DNA of 64,000 bases from Chloroflexota bacterium (GCA_012841405.1 DUUT01000197.1:6400-70399), one strand, 5' to 3'; counted from the first letter of the stretch, positions 44,888-55,519 are shown. Notes: generated by a model not told the origin, from the sequence alone. Translations and numbers: made by a program.

Positions 44888-45685
44888 ATGCGCGTGACAG
44901 TGTTGGGATCGGGGACGTCCCATGGCGTGCCCATGTTGGATTGCGTGCTGAACAACTATGAGCGTTGCCCGCACATGGTGTGTCTCAAGGCACGCACCGA
45001 TCCGCGCTATCGGCGCATGCGGGCCTCCATCCTGGTCGAGGTGGATGGCTGCAGCATCCTGGTGGATACATCCCAGGATTTCCGCCAGCAGATGTTGGCC
45101 CACTCGGTGCGACGGATCGATGCCGTGATCTATACGCACGGGCATGCCGATCACATCTATGGGCTGGCCGACATGCGCTCCTACAGCAGCCATCAGGGAG
45201 AGCCCATCCCCATCTACGGCTCTGTGGAGACACTGGCGTGCATCCGCGGCGCCTTTGACTATGTGTTCAACCCCCCGGCGCTCCTTGGGGGCGGCGTTCC
45301 CTTGGTGGAGGCCCACGTCCTCGACGGCCCCATGGTAGTGGCCGGGGCCTTGGTGACGCCGGTACCCGTCGAACACGGGCCGCTGAACGGCTGTCTCGGG
45401 GTGCGCATCGGTGATACGGCCTATATCCCCGACGTGAAGCGCATCCCCGATGCGTCCCTGGGACTCTTGGAAGGGCTGGATCTGCTCATCATCAATTGCC
45501 TCCGGTTGCGCTCCCACGCCACGCACCTCACTCTGGACGAAAGCCTGCGCTACGTGCGCGAGCTCCAGCCGAGGCGGGCACTGCTGACCCATCTCAGTCA
45601 CGACATCGATGCAGATGTGGAGGGGTGGCTGTTGCCATCAGGTGTGGCCTTTGCGCGGGATGGCCTGGTGGTGGAGTGTGTCTGA
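44888..45685 (+). CDS. MBL-fold metallo-hydrolase (PhnP/GPMB-like)
   Basis: MRVTVLGSGTSHGVP...VIYTHGHADHIYGL. GAGGTGAGG RBS. Confidence 0.8.
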   Translation: MRVTVLGSGTSHGVPMLDCVLNNYERCPHMVCLKARTDPRYRRMRASILVEVDGCSILVDTSQDFRQQMLAHSVRRIDAVIYTHGHADHIYGLADMRSYSSHQGEPIPIYGSVETLACIRGAFDYVFNPPALLGGGVPLVEAHVLDGPMVVAGALVTPVPVEHGPLNGCLGVRIGDTAYIPDVKRIPDASLGLLEGLDLLIINCLRLRSHATHLTLDESLRYVRELQPRRALLTHLSHDIDADVEGWLLPSGVAFARDGLVVECV

Positions 45686-46891
45686 GCCGACACGCACAGC
45701 GCCTTGGTCCCGCGCAGGGGCGCCCCCCGCAAGGGGTGCTCTGCTGAGGGTACAGCTCCTCTTTCTCGCCATCTATGGCGCCTATGGCACCACGTCGTTG
45801 TTTCGGGGGCTGTACTATCGGCGTGTGGGGCTCAGCAGCGCCCAGATTGGACTCCTCATCGCCCTCGAGCCGATATGGTCATGCTGGTATCGGGTCCGGC
45901 GTGGAGCATGGTAGCCGACCGCGCGGGGCTGCGCGACCGCCTGCTCACGCTCGTCACCGGTCTGAGCATCCTTCCCCTACTGGCCATGGCCTGGCTGCAC
46001 AGCTGGGCAGCGCTCGCATTCCTTACGGCGCTTCACGCCGTGTTCCTCGGGCCGATCCAACCCCTCTCCGACAGCAGCGCCCTCTCCGCCCTGGGGGCCG
46101 AGCGCCAGCAGTACAGCCGCATCCGCGCGCTCGGCTCGCTCAGCTATGCCGTGGTGGTATGGGGGACGGGACTGCTGCTCCAGGGGCGGGACCTGCGGTG
46201 GGCCTTTCTGGGGTTTGCCCTCTTCATGGGGAGTGCCTGCCTCATCTCGACCGGCATACGCTCCGCACAGCCCTCCGTCTCGGTGAGCCTTGGGTCCGGC
46301 TTGAGGCTGCTCATGCGCGATGCCGGGTGGGTGACCTTTATGGTGGCCCTTTTCGTTGCCATGGTCATGCAGACGGTGACGTTTGGCTACAGTGCGCTGT
46401 ACCTCGATGCGTTGGGCGCCTCGGAGAGTGTCGTTGGCTTCTCGGGTGCCTTGGGCTCTTTTGGCCAGACCCTGCTGATGCTGTTCGTCATCCCTGCCAT
46501 GCTGCGACGATGGGGCAGCGATCGCCTGCTGCTGCTGGCGCTGGGCACCTACGCGTTGCGGCTGGGGGTGTGGAGCCTCGTCCCCCAGGTGTGGGCGGTG
46601 GTGGCGAGCATGGTGGTGATGGGGCTCACGTTTGGCGCCTCGCTGGTCGCGGCCGTGGACTATGCCGACTGACACGCGCCTCCGGGGTTGGCGGCTACCT
46701 CGCAGGCCTTGGCGACTGGGCTGGTCTCGGGGTTGGGGCGCTCGGCGGGGGGCGTGATGGCCGGATTCCTCTACGATGGCTTTGGGCCCCAGATGGCGTT
46801 CGGCGCCTTTGCGGCCCTGGCTGTCGTGGCCCTGGCGGTTTTCAGCTGGCTGTGGCGGCGACGCCTGTCCCCCGTGCCGGCGCGTCGATAG
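45678..46891 (+). pseudogene. MFS transporter (MFS_1_like type) with one frameshift and one in-frame TGA
   Basis: ...SSAQIGLLIALEPI continues in another frame as MVMLVSGPAWSMVADRAG (shift near 45873). An in-frame TGA at 46670-72 lies between ...AAVDYAD and HAPPGLAATSQALATGLVSG. Confidence 0.65.
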
Positions 46892-47096
46892 GCCCGCCGC
46901 TTGCAGTGCCATCGATATGCCTCGGGAGGACGTCGCGGCGCGACGTCCGTGTTTTGTGGCGCTTGTGAGTTTGTGTTATAGTTTAGTTACTATCTCGATG
47001 GTTTCTGCCCTTGACGCTTCACCCTCCGGCCGAGCGCGTAGCGTGCGAAGCGAACCCGTGGAGCGATTTGGGCAGAGTTGGTATAAGGGAAGTCTG

Positions 47097-49316
47097 ATGG
47101 ATACGGGACGACCTCTGATCCGGAACCTACCCGAGGCGCTGACGCCCGAGCAGGAACGCGTGGCGTCACACCCCCGCGAGGGGCGTACGACGCTGTGCCT
47201 GAACGGCGTGCCCGGCACGGGCAAGACGACGGCGCTCATGGCGCGGCTCGCAGCGCTGCTCCGCGAGGGCACGCGACCTCACGAGATCTTGGTTCTGGTG
47301 CCGCAGCGCGCCCAGGTGGACGAGTACGAGCGCCTGTTGGCGGGCCTTGACGCCCCTACGCGGGGCGGAGTGGACGTGACGACGTTCTATAGCATGGCGC
47401 AGCGCTTTGTGGCGCTCTTTTGGCCGGCCATTGCTGAGCAAGCGGGTTTTGCCCAGCCGGACAAGGAGCCGGTGTTTTTGACCATCGAAACGGCGCAGTA
47501 CTTTATGTGGCGCGTGGTCGAGCCGCTGGTGATGAACCAAGGGTACTTTAGGGACCTCGCCATCCGCCGCGGGCGGCTCTTGGCACAGATCATCGATAAC
47601 CTGAACAAAGCGGCGCTGGTAGGCTTTGAGCATACCGAGATCTATCCACGGTTGAGTGGTGCCTGGACGGGGACTGCTGAGCGTGTGAACAGCTACTGGC
47701 AGGCGCAGGACTGTGCGCTGCGCTTTCGGCAGTACTGCCTCGCCCACAACCTGATCGATTTCTCGCTGCTCATCGAGCTATTCCACCGCCACGTGATGCC
47801 CAGCGAGGCATTCCGCGAGCACTTTCGCTCGCGCTACCGGCACCTCCTCGTGGACAACCTCGAAGAGAACGTGCCAGTGGCGCTGGATTGGCTCCGCTGG
47901 GCCAGCGAGCAGTGCGACACCACGGTGCTCGCCTTTGACGTCGGTGGTGGGTATCGCCTCTTCCTGGGCGCCGACGTCCATGCGGCCGAGCAGCTGGGCG
48001 ATTGTTGCGATGATACCCTCACCTTTGGGCAGCTTGCCGAGCCTACCGCCGATGCCCTGGCGCTGGCCGGCGCGATCCGCAGGACGCTCGATCTGCCCGA
48101 GGTGACACCCGAGTCGCTGGGCGTCGGGCCGCTGGAGAGCGCCGGCGAACGGCCTGGAGATCCGCGGCGGGCCATTGCCGATCAGGGCGGTGGCCGCTAT
48201 TGGATCAGCATGGTGAACTGGATTGTCGAGCACGTCGTGGCGCTGGTTGAGGAGGGCACGCCGCCGGGCGAGATCGCCATCATTGCGCCGTATGTGAGCG
48301 AGGTGATGCGCTTTGCCATCGAGGATGGGCTTCGCCAGCATGATATCCCTATCTATCTGCTGCGGCCGTCGACGATGATGCGCGACGACCCCGTGGTGCG
48401 CGCGCTCCTGGTGCTGGTGTTGCTGGCCCATCCTGATTGGGAGATCGAGGTTGGCGCCGAACCCTACGTGCTTTCCGAGGCGGACGTGGCGCTGGCCCTG
48501 GAGGTAGCGCTCGGCGATCTCGACCCCATCCGGGCGCGACATCTGGCCCAGGCGGCGGTGCCTACCGGCGAACGTACGCTGGTGGATCTGAGCGGCGAGA
48601 ATGCCGACCAGCACGGACAACGCGCGATTGGGCGGCTGTGGGAGCAAGTCGGATACCAGGTGCGGGAGCGCTATCAGGACCTGTACGAGTGGTTCGCTGG
48701 CTATCGCGCGGGCGAGCCCGAGCCGGTGGACATTATGCTGTCGCGGCTGTTCGGCGATCTCCTCTCGCGCCGAGGATTTGGCTTCTATGACGATACCGAA
48801 CGGGGGCGGGCGTACGGGCGTCTGGTGGAATCGGCGACCAAGTTTGGCCAGGCAGTGCGCTTGGGCGAGACCCTTACGGAGCAGCAGATGTGGAGCGACT
48901 ATGTGCAGCTGCTGCTGGGCGGCATTACCAGCGCCCAGTACCTGCTCGACTGGCCGGAACCGGATGGTGAGGCGGTGGTCCTGGCGACGGCCTATGGCTA
49001 TCTCACGCGCGATCTACGTTCCACGTACCAGTTCTGGACGGATCTCGGTGATGGGGGATGGCTGAGCCGTCCCAACCAGCCATTGACGCACCCCTACGTG
49101 CTGCGGCGCGACTGGCCCGTAGGCCAGCCGTGGAGTGACGTGGAGGACCTCGAGGCGAACCGTGAGGCGCTGGGGCGGGTGATCCAGGGCCTCGCGGCGC
49201 GCTGCACGGGCAAGGTGTACCTGGCCTACAGCGAGCTGGGCATCGGCGGTGAAGAACAGACCGGCGAGCTGCTGCATGCGCTGATGCGTGCCCTAACGGT
49301 GGCAGACCATGCGTGA
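47097..49316 (+). CDS. UvrD-like/AddB-like P-loop protein with degenerate helicase motif II, no nuclease domain seen
   Basis: Walker A GVPGTGKTT. LLVDNLEEN sits where DExx is expected. 740 aa, overlapping the downstream UvrD gene by 8 nt. Confidence 0.65.
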   Translation: MDTGRPLIRNLPEALTPEQERVASHPREGRTTLCLNGVPGTGKTTALMARLAALLREGTRPHEILVLVPQRAQVDEYERLLAGLDAPTRGGVDVTTFYSMAQRFVALFWPAIAEQAGFAQPDKEPVFLTIETAQYFMWRVVEPLVMNQGYFRDLAIRRGRLLAQIIDNLNKAALVGFEHTEIYPRLSGAWTGTAERVNSYWQAQDCALRFRQYCLAHNLIDFSLLIELFHRHVMPSEAFREHFRSRYRHLLVDNLEENVPVALDWLRWASEQCDTTVLAFDVGGGYRLFLGADVHAAEQLGDCCDDTLTFGQLAEPTADALALAGAIRRTLDLPEVTPESLGVGPLESAGERPGDPRRAIADQGGGRYWISMVNWIVEHVVALVEEGTPPGEIAIIAPYVSEVMRFAIEDGLRQHDIPIYLLRPSTMMRDDPVVRALLVLVLLAHPDWEIEVGAEPYVLSEADVALALEVALGDLDPIRARHLAQAAVPTGERTLVDLSGENADQHGQRAIGRLWEQVGYQVRERYQDLYEWFAGYRAGEPEPVDIMLSRLFGDLLSRRGFGFYDDTERGRAYGRLVESATKFGQAVRLGETLTEQQMWSDYVQLLLGGITSAQYLLDWPEPDGEAVVLATAYGYLTRDLRSTYQFWTDLGDGGWLSRPNQPLTHPYVLRRDWPVGQPWSDVEDLEANREALGRVIQGLAARCTGKVYLAYSELGIGGEEQTGELLHALMRALTVADHA

Positions 49317-51558
49317 CACGATGCTGTACGGCTATCGATTGCGGCCGCGCCAGGTGGAGGTGCTCAGCTATACGGGGGGGTTCGCGGCCGTGTCGGCGGT
49401 GCCGGGGAGCGGCAAGACGCTGACACTATCGCTGCTGGCCGCGCGCCTCATCGTCGAGGGGCGCATCGGCAACCAGGGCGAGGTGCTGGTCGTCACGGTG
49501 CAGAACTCGGCGGTGGACAATATCGGGCAGCGTATCCGCGGCATTCTGGCGGAGCAAGGGCTGCCCCCCGTAGGCTTTCGCGTGTGCACGCTGCACAAGC
49601 TCGCGGCCGACATCCTCCGGCAGCGGCTCGACCTCGCTGGTGTGGAGGAGGGGTTTGCCATCATCGATGAGGTCGAGGCCCGCCGGGCGATGCACAATGC
49701 CGCTGACGTGTGGATCAGTCGGCATCGGGCGTGGTGGCTGAGTTTTTTGGACAACGGCGACGGGCAGGTAAGCGGCACCGTCGAGGAGCGGTGGCGACAA
49801 GAGACGGAACGGGTGGGCCGTGAGGTCACCAAGCTGGCCAAGCACCTCAGGTTGACGCCCGAGGCGGCCCAGCGCCTACTCCTCGGTTCCGGTATCCAGG
49901 ACGATTTTACCGCCATGGGGCTCGATCTGTATGCACAGTACGCCCGCTACCTGCAGGTGCGCACCGGACTTGATTTCGATGATCTGATCTGGCGGGCGCT
50001 GGACATGCTCGATCAGGACCCCAGCTTTGTCGAAAACCTTCGCGCGCGGTGGCCCTACATCCTAGAGGATGAGGCGCAGGATAGCTCGCCGCTGCAAGAG
50101 CGTATCTTGGAGAGGTTGGCGGGACCTGCGGGCAACTGGATACGCGTGGGTGATCCGAACCAGTCGATCAACAGCACCTTTACGGCGGCTGATCCGCGCT
50201 ACTTCCGCCGTTTCTTCGGGCGCGATGACGTGACGTCGGTGACGCTTCCCCAGTCGGGGCGCAGCGGAACGCCGATTATCGACCTGGCGAACCGCCTCGT
50301 GCGCTGGGTGCGCGCAGCGCACCCCGAGCCCGCCATCCGCGACATGGCCTTCATGGGGCAGGATATCCAGCCGACGGATCCGGGCGATGCGCAGCCGAAC
50401 CCGCCAGCGGAGGAGTGCCACATCCACGTGGTGGATCGCCCCTACCCCTCCGTCGATGTCGAGGCCGGCAAGGTTGCCCTTTGGGCGGCGAGCTATGCGG
50501 GGCGCTACCCTGAGCGCACCGTAGCGATACTGGTCCCTTCAGGTTGGCAGGGGGGCGTGGTGGTGGACGCGCTGCAGCAGATGCCCGGCGAGATTCCCTT
50601 TGATGATCTCTTGCGGTCGACCCCCGAGACGCGGAGTGCGGCGCGGGTGATGGCAGCGGTGACGCGCTACCTGGGCGCGCCGACACGGCGGCGAGCGCTG
50701 GCGCGGTTGTTCGCCGCTCTGCACCAGGAGGGGATCCTGGGGATGGAGCTGCTCGCGGAACGGCTGCGGCTGGTGCGCGCGGTGCTCGACAGCATCGCAC
50801 CACATGAGCTTCTCTTTCCTCACGAGGCCACGGTGGTGGAAGAGCTGTTGCCTGCGCAGGTCGCCCTGTACACCAACGAGGTGGATCTCGTCGAGCGCTT
50901 TGCGCGGCTGGTGGGGCGCTGGGTGCGCGCGGCATCGCTGCCCGTCGACCAGTTGCTGCTGACGGTGGCGCAGGACCTCTACCAGAGCGAGCCGGACCTG
51001 GCCATCTGTCACAGCCTGGCGACGAGCCTGCGCGGGGCCAGCGAGATGCACCCCAACTGGGGGTTGACCGATTTCGCCGCCGAGCTCGACGAAGTCGCAG
51101 GCAACCGTCGGGCGCTGGGAGGCTTGTCGTTGGCGGATGTGGGGTACACGGCACGGCCGGGGCGCATCGTCGTGACGACGATGCACAAGGCCAAGGGGCT
51201 AGAGTGGGACGCCGTCTACCTGATGTGCATCGACAATCTCGAGTTCCCCGACACGTGCGACGATGCCTTTCGCGATGAGCCGTACTTTATGCCCGGGCGA
51301 GCCCCAGCCGTAGAGGCGCGCAAGCAGCTGGCGGCGTTGGGTGGCGAGACCCTCGGCGATGAGGCCGATCGGTCGCCGGTGGAGCAGGCACGGCTCGAGG
51401 TCATCGCCGAGCGCCTGCGGTTGCTCTACGTGGGGATCACCCGCGCGCGCCGCGATCTGGCGATCACCTACAGTGAGATGAACGGCCGCCGACGCGTCGG
51501 CGCGTCGGTAGCGCTCATGGCGCTCGTCTCTGGCGTCGCCCAGGCGACGAACGCGTAA
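49309..51558 (+). CDS. UvrD/REP-family ATP-dependent DNA helicase
   Basis: AVPGSGKT, ILEDEAQDSSP, TTMHKAKGLEWDAVYL, LLYVGITRARRDL. Confidence 0.85.
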   Translation: MRDTMLYGYRLRPRQVEVLSYTGGFAAVSAVPGSGKTLTLSLLAARLIVEGRIGNQGEVLVVTVQNSAVDNIGQRIRGILAEQGLPPVGFRVCTLHKLAADILRQRLDLAGVEEGFAIIDEVEARRAMHNAADVWISRHRAWWLSFLDNGDGQVSGTVEERWRQETERVGREVTKLAKHLRLTPEAAQRLLLGSGIQDDFTAMGLDLYAQYARYLQVRTGLDFDDLIWRALDMLDQDPSFVENLRARWPYILEDEAQDSSPLQERILERLAGPAGNWIRVGDPNQSINSTFTAADPRYFRRFFGRDDVTSVTLPQSGRSGTPIIDLANRLVRWVRAAHPEPAIRDMAFMGQDIQPTDPGDAQPNPPAEECHIHVVDRPYPSVDVEAGKVALWAASYAGRYPERTVAILVPSGWQGGVVVDALQQMPGEIPFDDLLRSTPETRSAARVMAAVTRYLGAPTRRRALARLFAALHQEGILGMELLAERLRLVRAVLDSIAPHELLFPHEATVVEELLPAQVALYTNEVDLVERFARLVGRWVRAASLPVDQLLLTVAQDLYQSEPDLAICHSLATSLRGASEMHPNWGLTDFAAELDEVAGNRRALGGLSLADVGYTARPGRIVVTTMHKAKGLEWDAVYLMCIDNLEFPDTCDDAFRDEPYFMPGRAPAVEARKQLAALGGETLGDEADRSPVEQARLEVIAERLRLLYVGITRARRDLAITYSEMNGRRRVGASVALMALVSGVAQATNA

Positions 51559-51593
51559 GGGGGTCGGTGTGGCAATCTGGGAGAGTTACTACA

Positions 51594-51635
51594 GGTACCC
51601 GCTCTGCTGGAGGTGCCCCCAGGAGAGCCGGTACC
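51594..51635. terminator. hairpin between convergent genes
   Basis: GGTACCCGCTCT pairs with AGAGCCGGTACC (12 bp, one mismatch). Confidence 0.4.
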
Positions 51636-51675
51636 CCGTCACCCAGAACCCCCAACACACACCACCGAGAGCGCG

Positions 51676-52518
51676 TTACGAGAGCGCCTGCACGTACGCA
51701 CGATTCCGTTCCAGCTTTTCGCGGGTGTTGCCCGCCGAAAAATCTTCGAAGGAGCACCACCCGGTATAGCCCACAGCGCACAGGTCGGCGATGAACTGGC
51801 GCAGGTCGACGATCCCCTCGTCGATGGCGGCCGCGGCGGGCTGCCAGACCGCTTCGCCGGTGGGACGGGTGCCCACGCGCCTCCACTGGCTGTTCTTAAG
51901 GTGCACATGGGCTAGGTAGGGGCCCAACAGCTCCATTCCCATGCGCCAATCTTCGTACCCCTCATAGACCATGTTCCCCGGATCGAGTATGACGCCAACA
52001 AAGCGCGGGTCAAAGTGGCGCACCAGGCGGTGCGCCAGGCTCGGGCTGCTGCAGATGTTGCCCGGGTGGATCTCGAGGCAGGCCTGAACGCCATGCTGGC
52101 GTGCGAGGCGCTCGACGTCGGTGTAGGCGGCCAGGGTCTCAGCAAAGAGACGCCGATAGCCGATGACGCGATCGTAGCGCGGCGGTGATACGCGAATTGG
52201 CGGACACCCCATCGCGCGGGCGGCACGCATGGCGCGATCGATGGCGTCACAGTCGGTAGCAGCCATGTACGTGCCCAGCGCGGGCACCTCGAGGCCCGCA
52301 CGAGCGGTGAGGTCGGCCAGGGCGGCGGCTTCTGCATCGACGGTATCGATGTGAATCGTACAACGGTTGTTCTGCCAGTAGCTCGGGGCTGCGGCCGGGT
52401 CGAGCACGCGACGTGTGACGCGCCACTCCACCCCTTGATAACCCACCTCTGCCAGGAGCGCCACGGCCTCTTCAGGCTCGTATTCGGGCAGCATGACGGT
52501 AAAGACAGCGAGCTTCAT
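51676..52518 (-). CDS. sugar phosphate isomerase/epimerase (xylose isomerase-like TIM barrel)
   Basis: MKLAVFTVMLPEYEPEEAVALLAEVGYQGVEW and family-like body. Confidence 0.8.
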   Translation of the reverse strand: MKLAVFTVMLPEYEPEEAVALLAEVGYQGVEWRVTRRVLDPAAAPSYWQNNRCTIHIDTVDAEAAALADLTARAGLEVPALGTYMAATDCDAIDRAMRAARAMGCPPIRVSPPRYDRVIGYRRLFAETLAAYTDVERLARQHGVQACLEIHPGNICSSPSLAHRLVRHFDPRFVGVILDPGNMVYEGYEDWRMGMELLGPYLAHVHLKNSQWRRVGTRPTGEAVWQPAAAAIDEGIVDLRQFIADLCAVGYTGWCSFEDFSAGNTREKLERNRAYVQALS

Positions 52519-52723
52519 GGGAACCCCTCCAGCGAGCGTGCGCGGGCCAACCGTCGCGGACGGGCCGAGTCTAGCGTACTATGTGGACTCCCGGCAAGGG
52601 CATGCGCTTGTGGGTATGGCTCGCTGGATGGATGGCACGCAGTGATTGGTTGTGCTAGAATGCTGCGGAGTGCCGGTGTGGAGTGTGGCGCCGACATATT
52701 GAATGCATATCCGAGGGGGCTCC

Positions 52724-53758
52724 ATGATCGAGATTGCACCGGAACGGCTGCGGGACGCTGTCAGGGACGTATTCGTCGCGGCGGGAACGCCGGAGGATGG
52801 CGCGTGCCAAGTGGCGACGTCGCTCGTTGAGAACAACCTCATGGGCCACGACTCGCATGGAGTACTGCGGGTGGGCTGGTACGTGGACGCTATCCTGACG
52901 GGGCGTGTGAATCCCAAAGCAGCCATCCGTATCGAACGGGAATCGGCGACTACGGCCCTGGTGGACGGGGGCAGCAACTTTGGCCAGCTCGTAGCCCGGC
53001 AGGCGATGGATATTGCCATCTCCAAGGCGCGTGAGCACGACTTGGGGCTGGTAGCGACCCATCATTGTGGACACACGGGGCGCATGGGCGAGTATTCGGT
53101 GCAGGCCGCCGAGCAGGGCTTTGTGGGCATGGTCTTTGGCAGTGGCTCGGCGCCGGGCGGCATCGTGGCGCCATACCTCGGCACGGGGCGGTTGCTCAAC
53201 ACGAACCCCACATCGTGGGCGGTTCCCGCCGCCACACATCCGCCGGTGTTCCTCGACTTTGCCACCTCGGTGGTGGCTCAGGGCAAGATCCAAGCGGCCA
53301 TCGACAAGGGGGTCTCCATTCCCGAGGACTGGCTACTGAACGCCGAGGGAAAACCGACGACGGATCCGAACGACCAGCGAAACGGCGGCGTGTTGCTGCC
53401 CTTTGGGCGGCACAAGGGATACTGCCTGTCGTTCCTCATCGAGATTCTCTGTGGTGGGCTATCCGGCGCGGTGTGTGGGCCTCTGGCCGCTTACTGCCCG
53501 GACTATGCCACGCTATTCCTGGCGATCAACATCGAGGCGTTCCAGCCCCTCGACGAGTTCCGGCAGATGGTTGATGATATGGTGGCGGCGGCCAAGGCGG
53601 TACGCAAGGCAGAGGGCGTGGACGAGATCCTCGTGCCGGGCGAGCCGGAGTGGCGTACGAGAGAGCAGCGCTTGCGCGACGGGCTGCAGCTGCCGGATGC
53701 CACCTGGGAGCGCATCGTCGAGTCGGGTGCCAAGTGTGGGCTCACAGTGACGCTGTGA
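52724..53758 (+). CDS. Ldh_2 family (malate/L-lactate/sulfolactate dehydrogenase-like) oxidoreductase
   Basis: LMGHDSHGVLRVGWY...HKGYCLSFLIEIL. Confidence 0.8.
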   Translation: MIEIAPERLRDAVRDVFVAAGTPEDGACQVATSLVENNLMGHDSHGVLRVGWYVDAILTGRVNPKAAIRIERESATTALVDGGSNFGQLVARQAMDIAISKAREHDLGLVATHHCGHTGRMGEYSVQAAEQGFVGMVFGSGSAPGGIVAPYLGTGRLLNTNPTSWAVPAATHPPVFLDFATSVVAQGKIQAAIDKGVSIPEDWLLNAEGKPTTDPNDQRNGGVLLPFGRHKGYCLSFLIEILCGGLSGAVCGPLAAYCPDYATLFLAINIEAFQPLDEFRQMVDDMVAAAKAVRKAEGVDEILVPGEPEWRTREQRLRDGLQLPDATWERIVESGAKCGLTVTL

Positions 53759-54600
53759 TGGCTGGCGGGCGACATGCCCCCGTTGCGGTGGCATCCCTGG
53801 GCGGTGCACGGTTGACGCTGCTCCTCGACGCGCGGGGCACGATTTCCGGCGACCGGGTGTTCAGCCCGGCGTCGCGAGAGGAGTGGAGCCCAGGCTTGAC
53901 GGTGAGGCGCGACGGTGAGCTGGCGATTCACTGTACGTGCTTGCTGATCGAGGCGGGTGGGCAGCGTACGCTTGTGGATACCGGCTTTGGCGATAGCCTG
54001 CGCACCGACCGGCACCACAGCCTATTGGTCAGCCTAGACGCCGTCGGAATGCGGCCGGAGGACATCGGATGGGTAATCCTCACGCACACCCACGGCGATC
54101 ACGCCGGCGGTACGACACGCCGCGCGGGAGACGGCTGGGTGCCAACGTTCCGCGAGGCGGAGTATGTCGTGCAAGATCGCGAGGTAGCCGCCATGCGCGA
54201 TCGCGATGATGCTTTCTGGCGCACGCGGTTCCAGCCCCTGGTGGATCACGGCCAACTGCGCCTCATCAACGGCGATGGGGCGCTGGACGGCTATGTGGCG
54301 TGCCGCCTAACGCCCGGGCATACACGGGGGCATCAGGCGGTGATGATCTCGACGCCGCTGGGTGATGCCATCTTTCTTGGGGATCTCGCAGTGTTGACGC
54401 GCAACCTGGAGCACCCAGAGTGGAATCCGAGCTGGGCGTGGTCCACTGAGGAGGATATCAGCAGCCGCCGAGCCATCATCGCGCTGGCAGCGAGAACGGG
54501 TGCCCTGGTCATCGTCGGGCACGATCCCGAGCGGCCGTTCGTGCATGTTGCGCTCGATGGCGACAGGGCTAAAGTAACCGACGCCCCCCGCGACGCGTAG
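53758..54600 (+). CDS. MBL-fold metallo-hydrolase (lactonase-like)
   Basis: VILTHTHGDHAGG. The ATG overlaps the upstream TGA (TGATG). Confidence 0.75.
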   Translation: MAGGRHAPVAVASLGGARLTLLLDARGTISGDRVFSPASREEWSPGLTVRRDGELAIHCTCLLIEAGGQRTLVDTGFGDSLRTDRHHSLLVSLDAVGMRPEDIGWVILTHTHGDHAGGTTRRAGDGWVPTFREAEYVVQDREVAAMRDRDDAFWRTRFQPLVDHGQLRLINGDGALDGYVACRLTPGHTRGHQAVMISTPLGDAIFLGDLAVLTRNLEHPEWNPSWAWSTEEDISSRRAIIALAARTGALVIVGHDPERPFVHVALDGDRAKVTDAPRDA

Positions 54601-54732
54601 CGGGGGCGCCCGATGCTGGAGCGCCCGCTGAACTCGAGGACGGCACCGGCGCGAGGCGTGACGTAGCATCTGACATATCGGACCGATAGCAGGGCGAAGA
54701 CGTGCCAGCCTTTACCCTTGGAGGACCTGGCG

Positions 54733-55509
54733 ATGAAGATCTATATTCTCACCGATCTGGAGGGGGTGGCGGGCGTGGCCCGGTGGGATCAGACGGGCCG
54801 CGACACGCCAGGATATCCGCAGGCGGTGCGGCTGATGACGGAGGAGCTGCGCGCCTGCGTTGCCGGTATCCAGGCGGCCGAAGCCGAGGCCGAGATCTGG
54901 GTGTGGGATGCCCACGGACCCGGTGCGATCGATGTGGAGCGCTTTCCGCGCGGCGCCAAGCTACTGAACAACGGTCCGGTGCCCACATCAGGGTTCATGG
55001 ATGCGACGTTCGATGCGCTGTTCTTCCTGGGGCAGCATTCCAAGGCGGGCACGCGCAATGGGAACCTGGCCCACTCGTATTCGTCGCTCAGCATTGAGCG
55101 CATTCGCATCAATGGGATCGAGCTGGGCGAATTCGGCTGTCGGGCAGCATACGCCGGAACCCTCGGCGTGCCGACGGTATTTGTCAGCGGCGATGATACG
55201 ATGATGGCGGAGGCGAAAGCACTCGTGCCGGGGATCTATGGGGCCCAGGTCAAGGTGGCGCTTGGCCCGCAGGTCGCGCTACACCTGGCGCCGGAAGATG
55301 CCCGGGACCTGATCCGCGCGGTGGCGGAGGAGGCGACTGCTAACGCTGGCAGCGTCGTGCCGTTCGTCCTGCCCGGGCCGCCGTACGAGCAAGAGATCAC
55401 CATCTGGGCGCGCACGGACCCCGCCACGTATCTTGCGCGGGGATTCGAGCAGACAGGTGCGCGAACGTTCGTCAAGTGTGCAGAGCGGCTCGAAGCGCTC
55501 ATGATCTAG
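54733..55509 (+). CDS. M55 family metallopeptidase (DppA-like D-aminopeptidase)
   Basis: MKIYILTDLEGVAGV...MTEELRACVAG. Confidence 0.75.
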   Translation: MKIYILTDLEGVAGVARWDQTGRDTPGYPQAVRLMTEELRACVAGIQAAEAEAEIWVWDAHGPGAIDVERFPRGAKLLNNGPVPTSGFMDATFDALFFLGQHSKAGTRNGNLAHSYSSLSIERIRINGIELGEFGCRAAYAGTLGVPTVFVSGDDTMMAEAKALVPGIYGAQVKVALGPQVALHLAPEDARDLIRAVAEEATANAGSVVPFVLPGPPYEQEITIWARTDPATYLARGFEQTGARTFVKCAERLEALMI

Positions 55510-55519
55510 CCGGTCTGGA

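Noticed and set aside
46670-46672. In-frame TGA in the MFS gene as a selenocysteine codon (selB is in the window).
   Set aside because: The gene also carries a frameshift. The position is in a loop or transmembrane region with no redox context, I saw no convincing SECIS-like hairpin just downstream, and TGA is used as an ordinary stop elsewhere (for example in gcvPA). A nonsense mutation is more likely.
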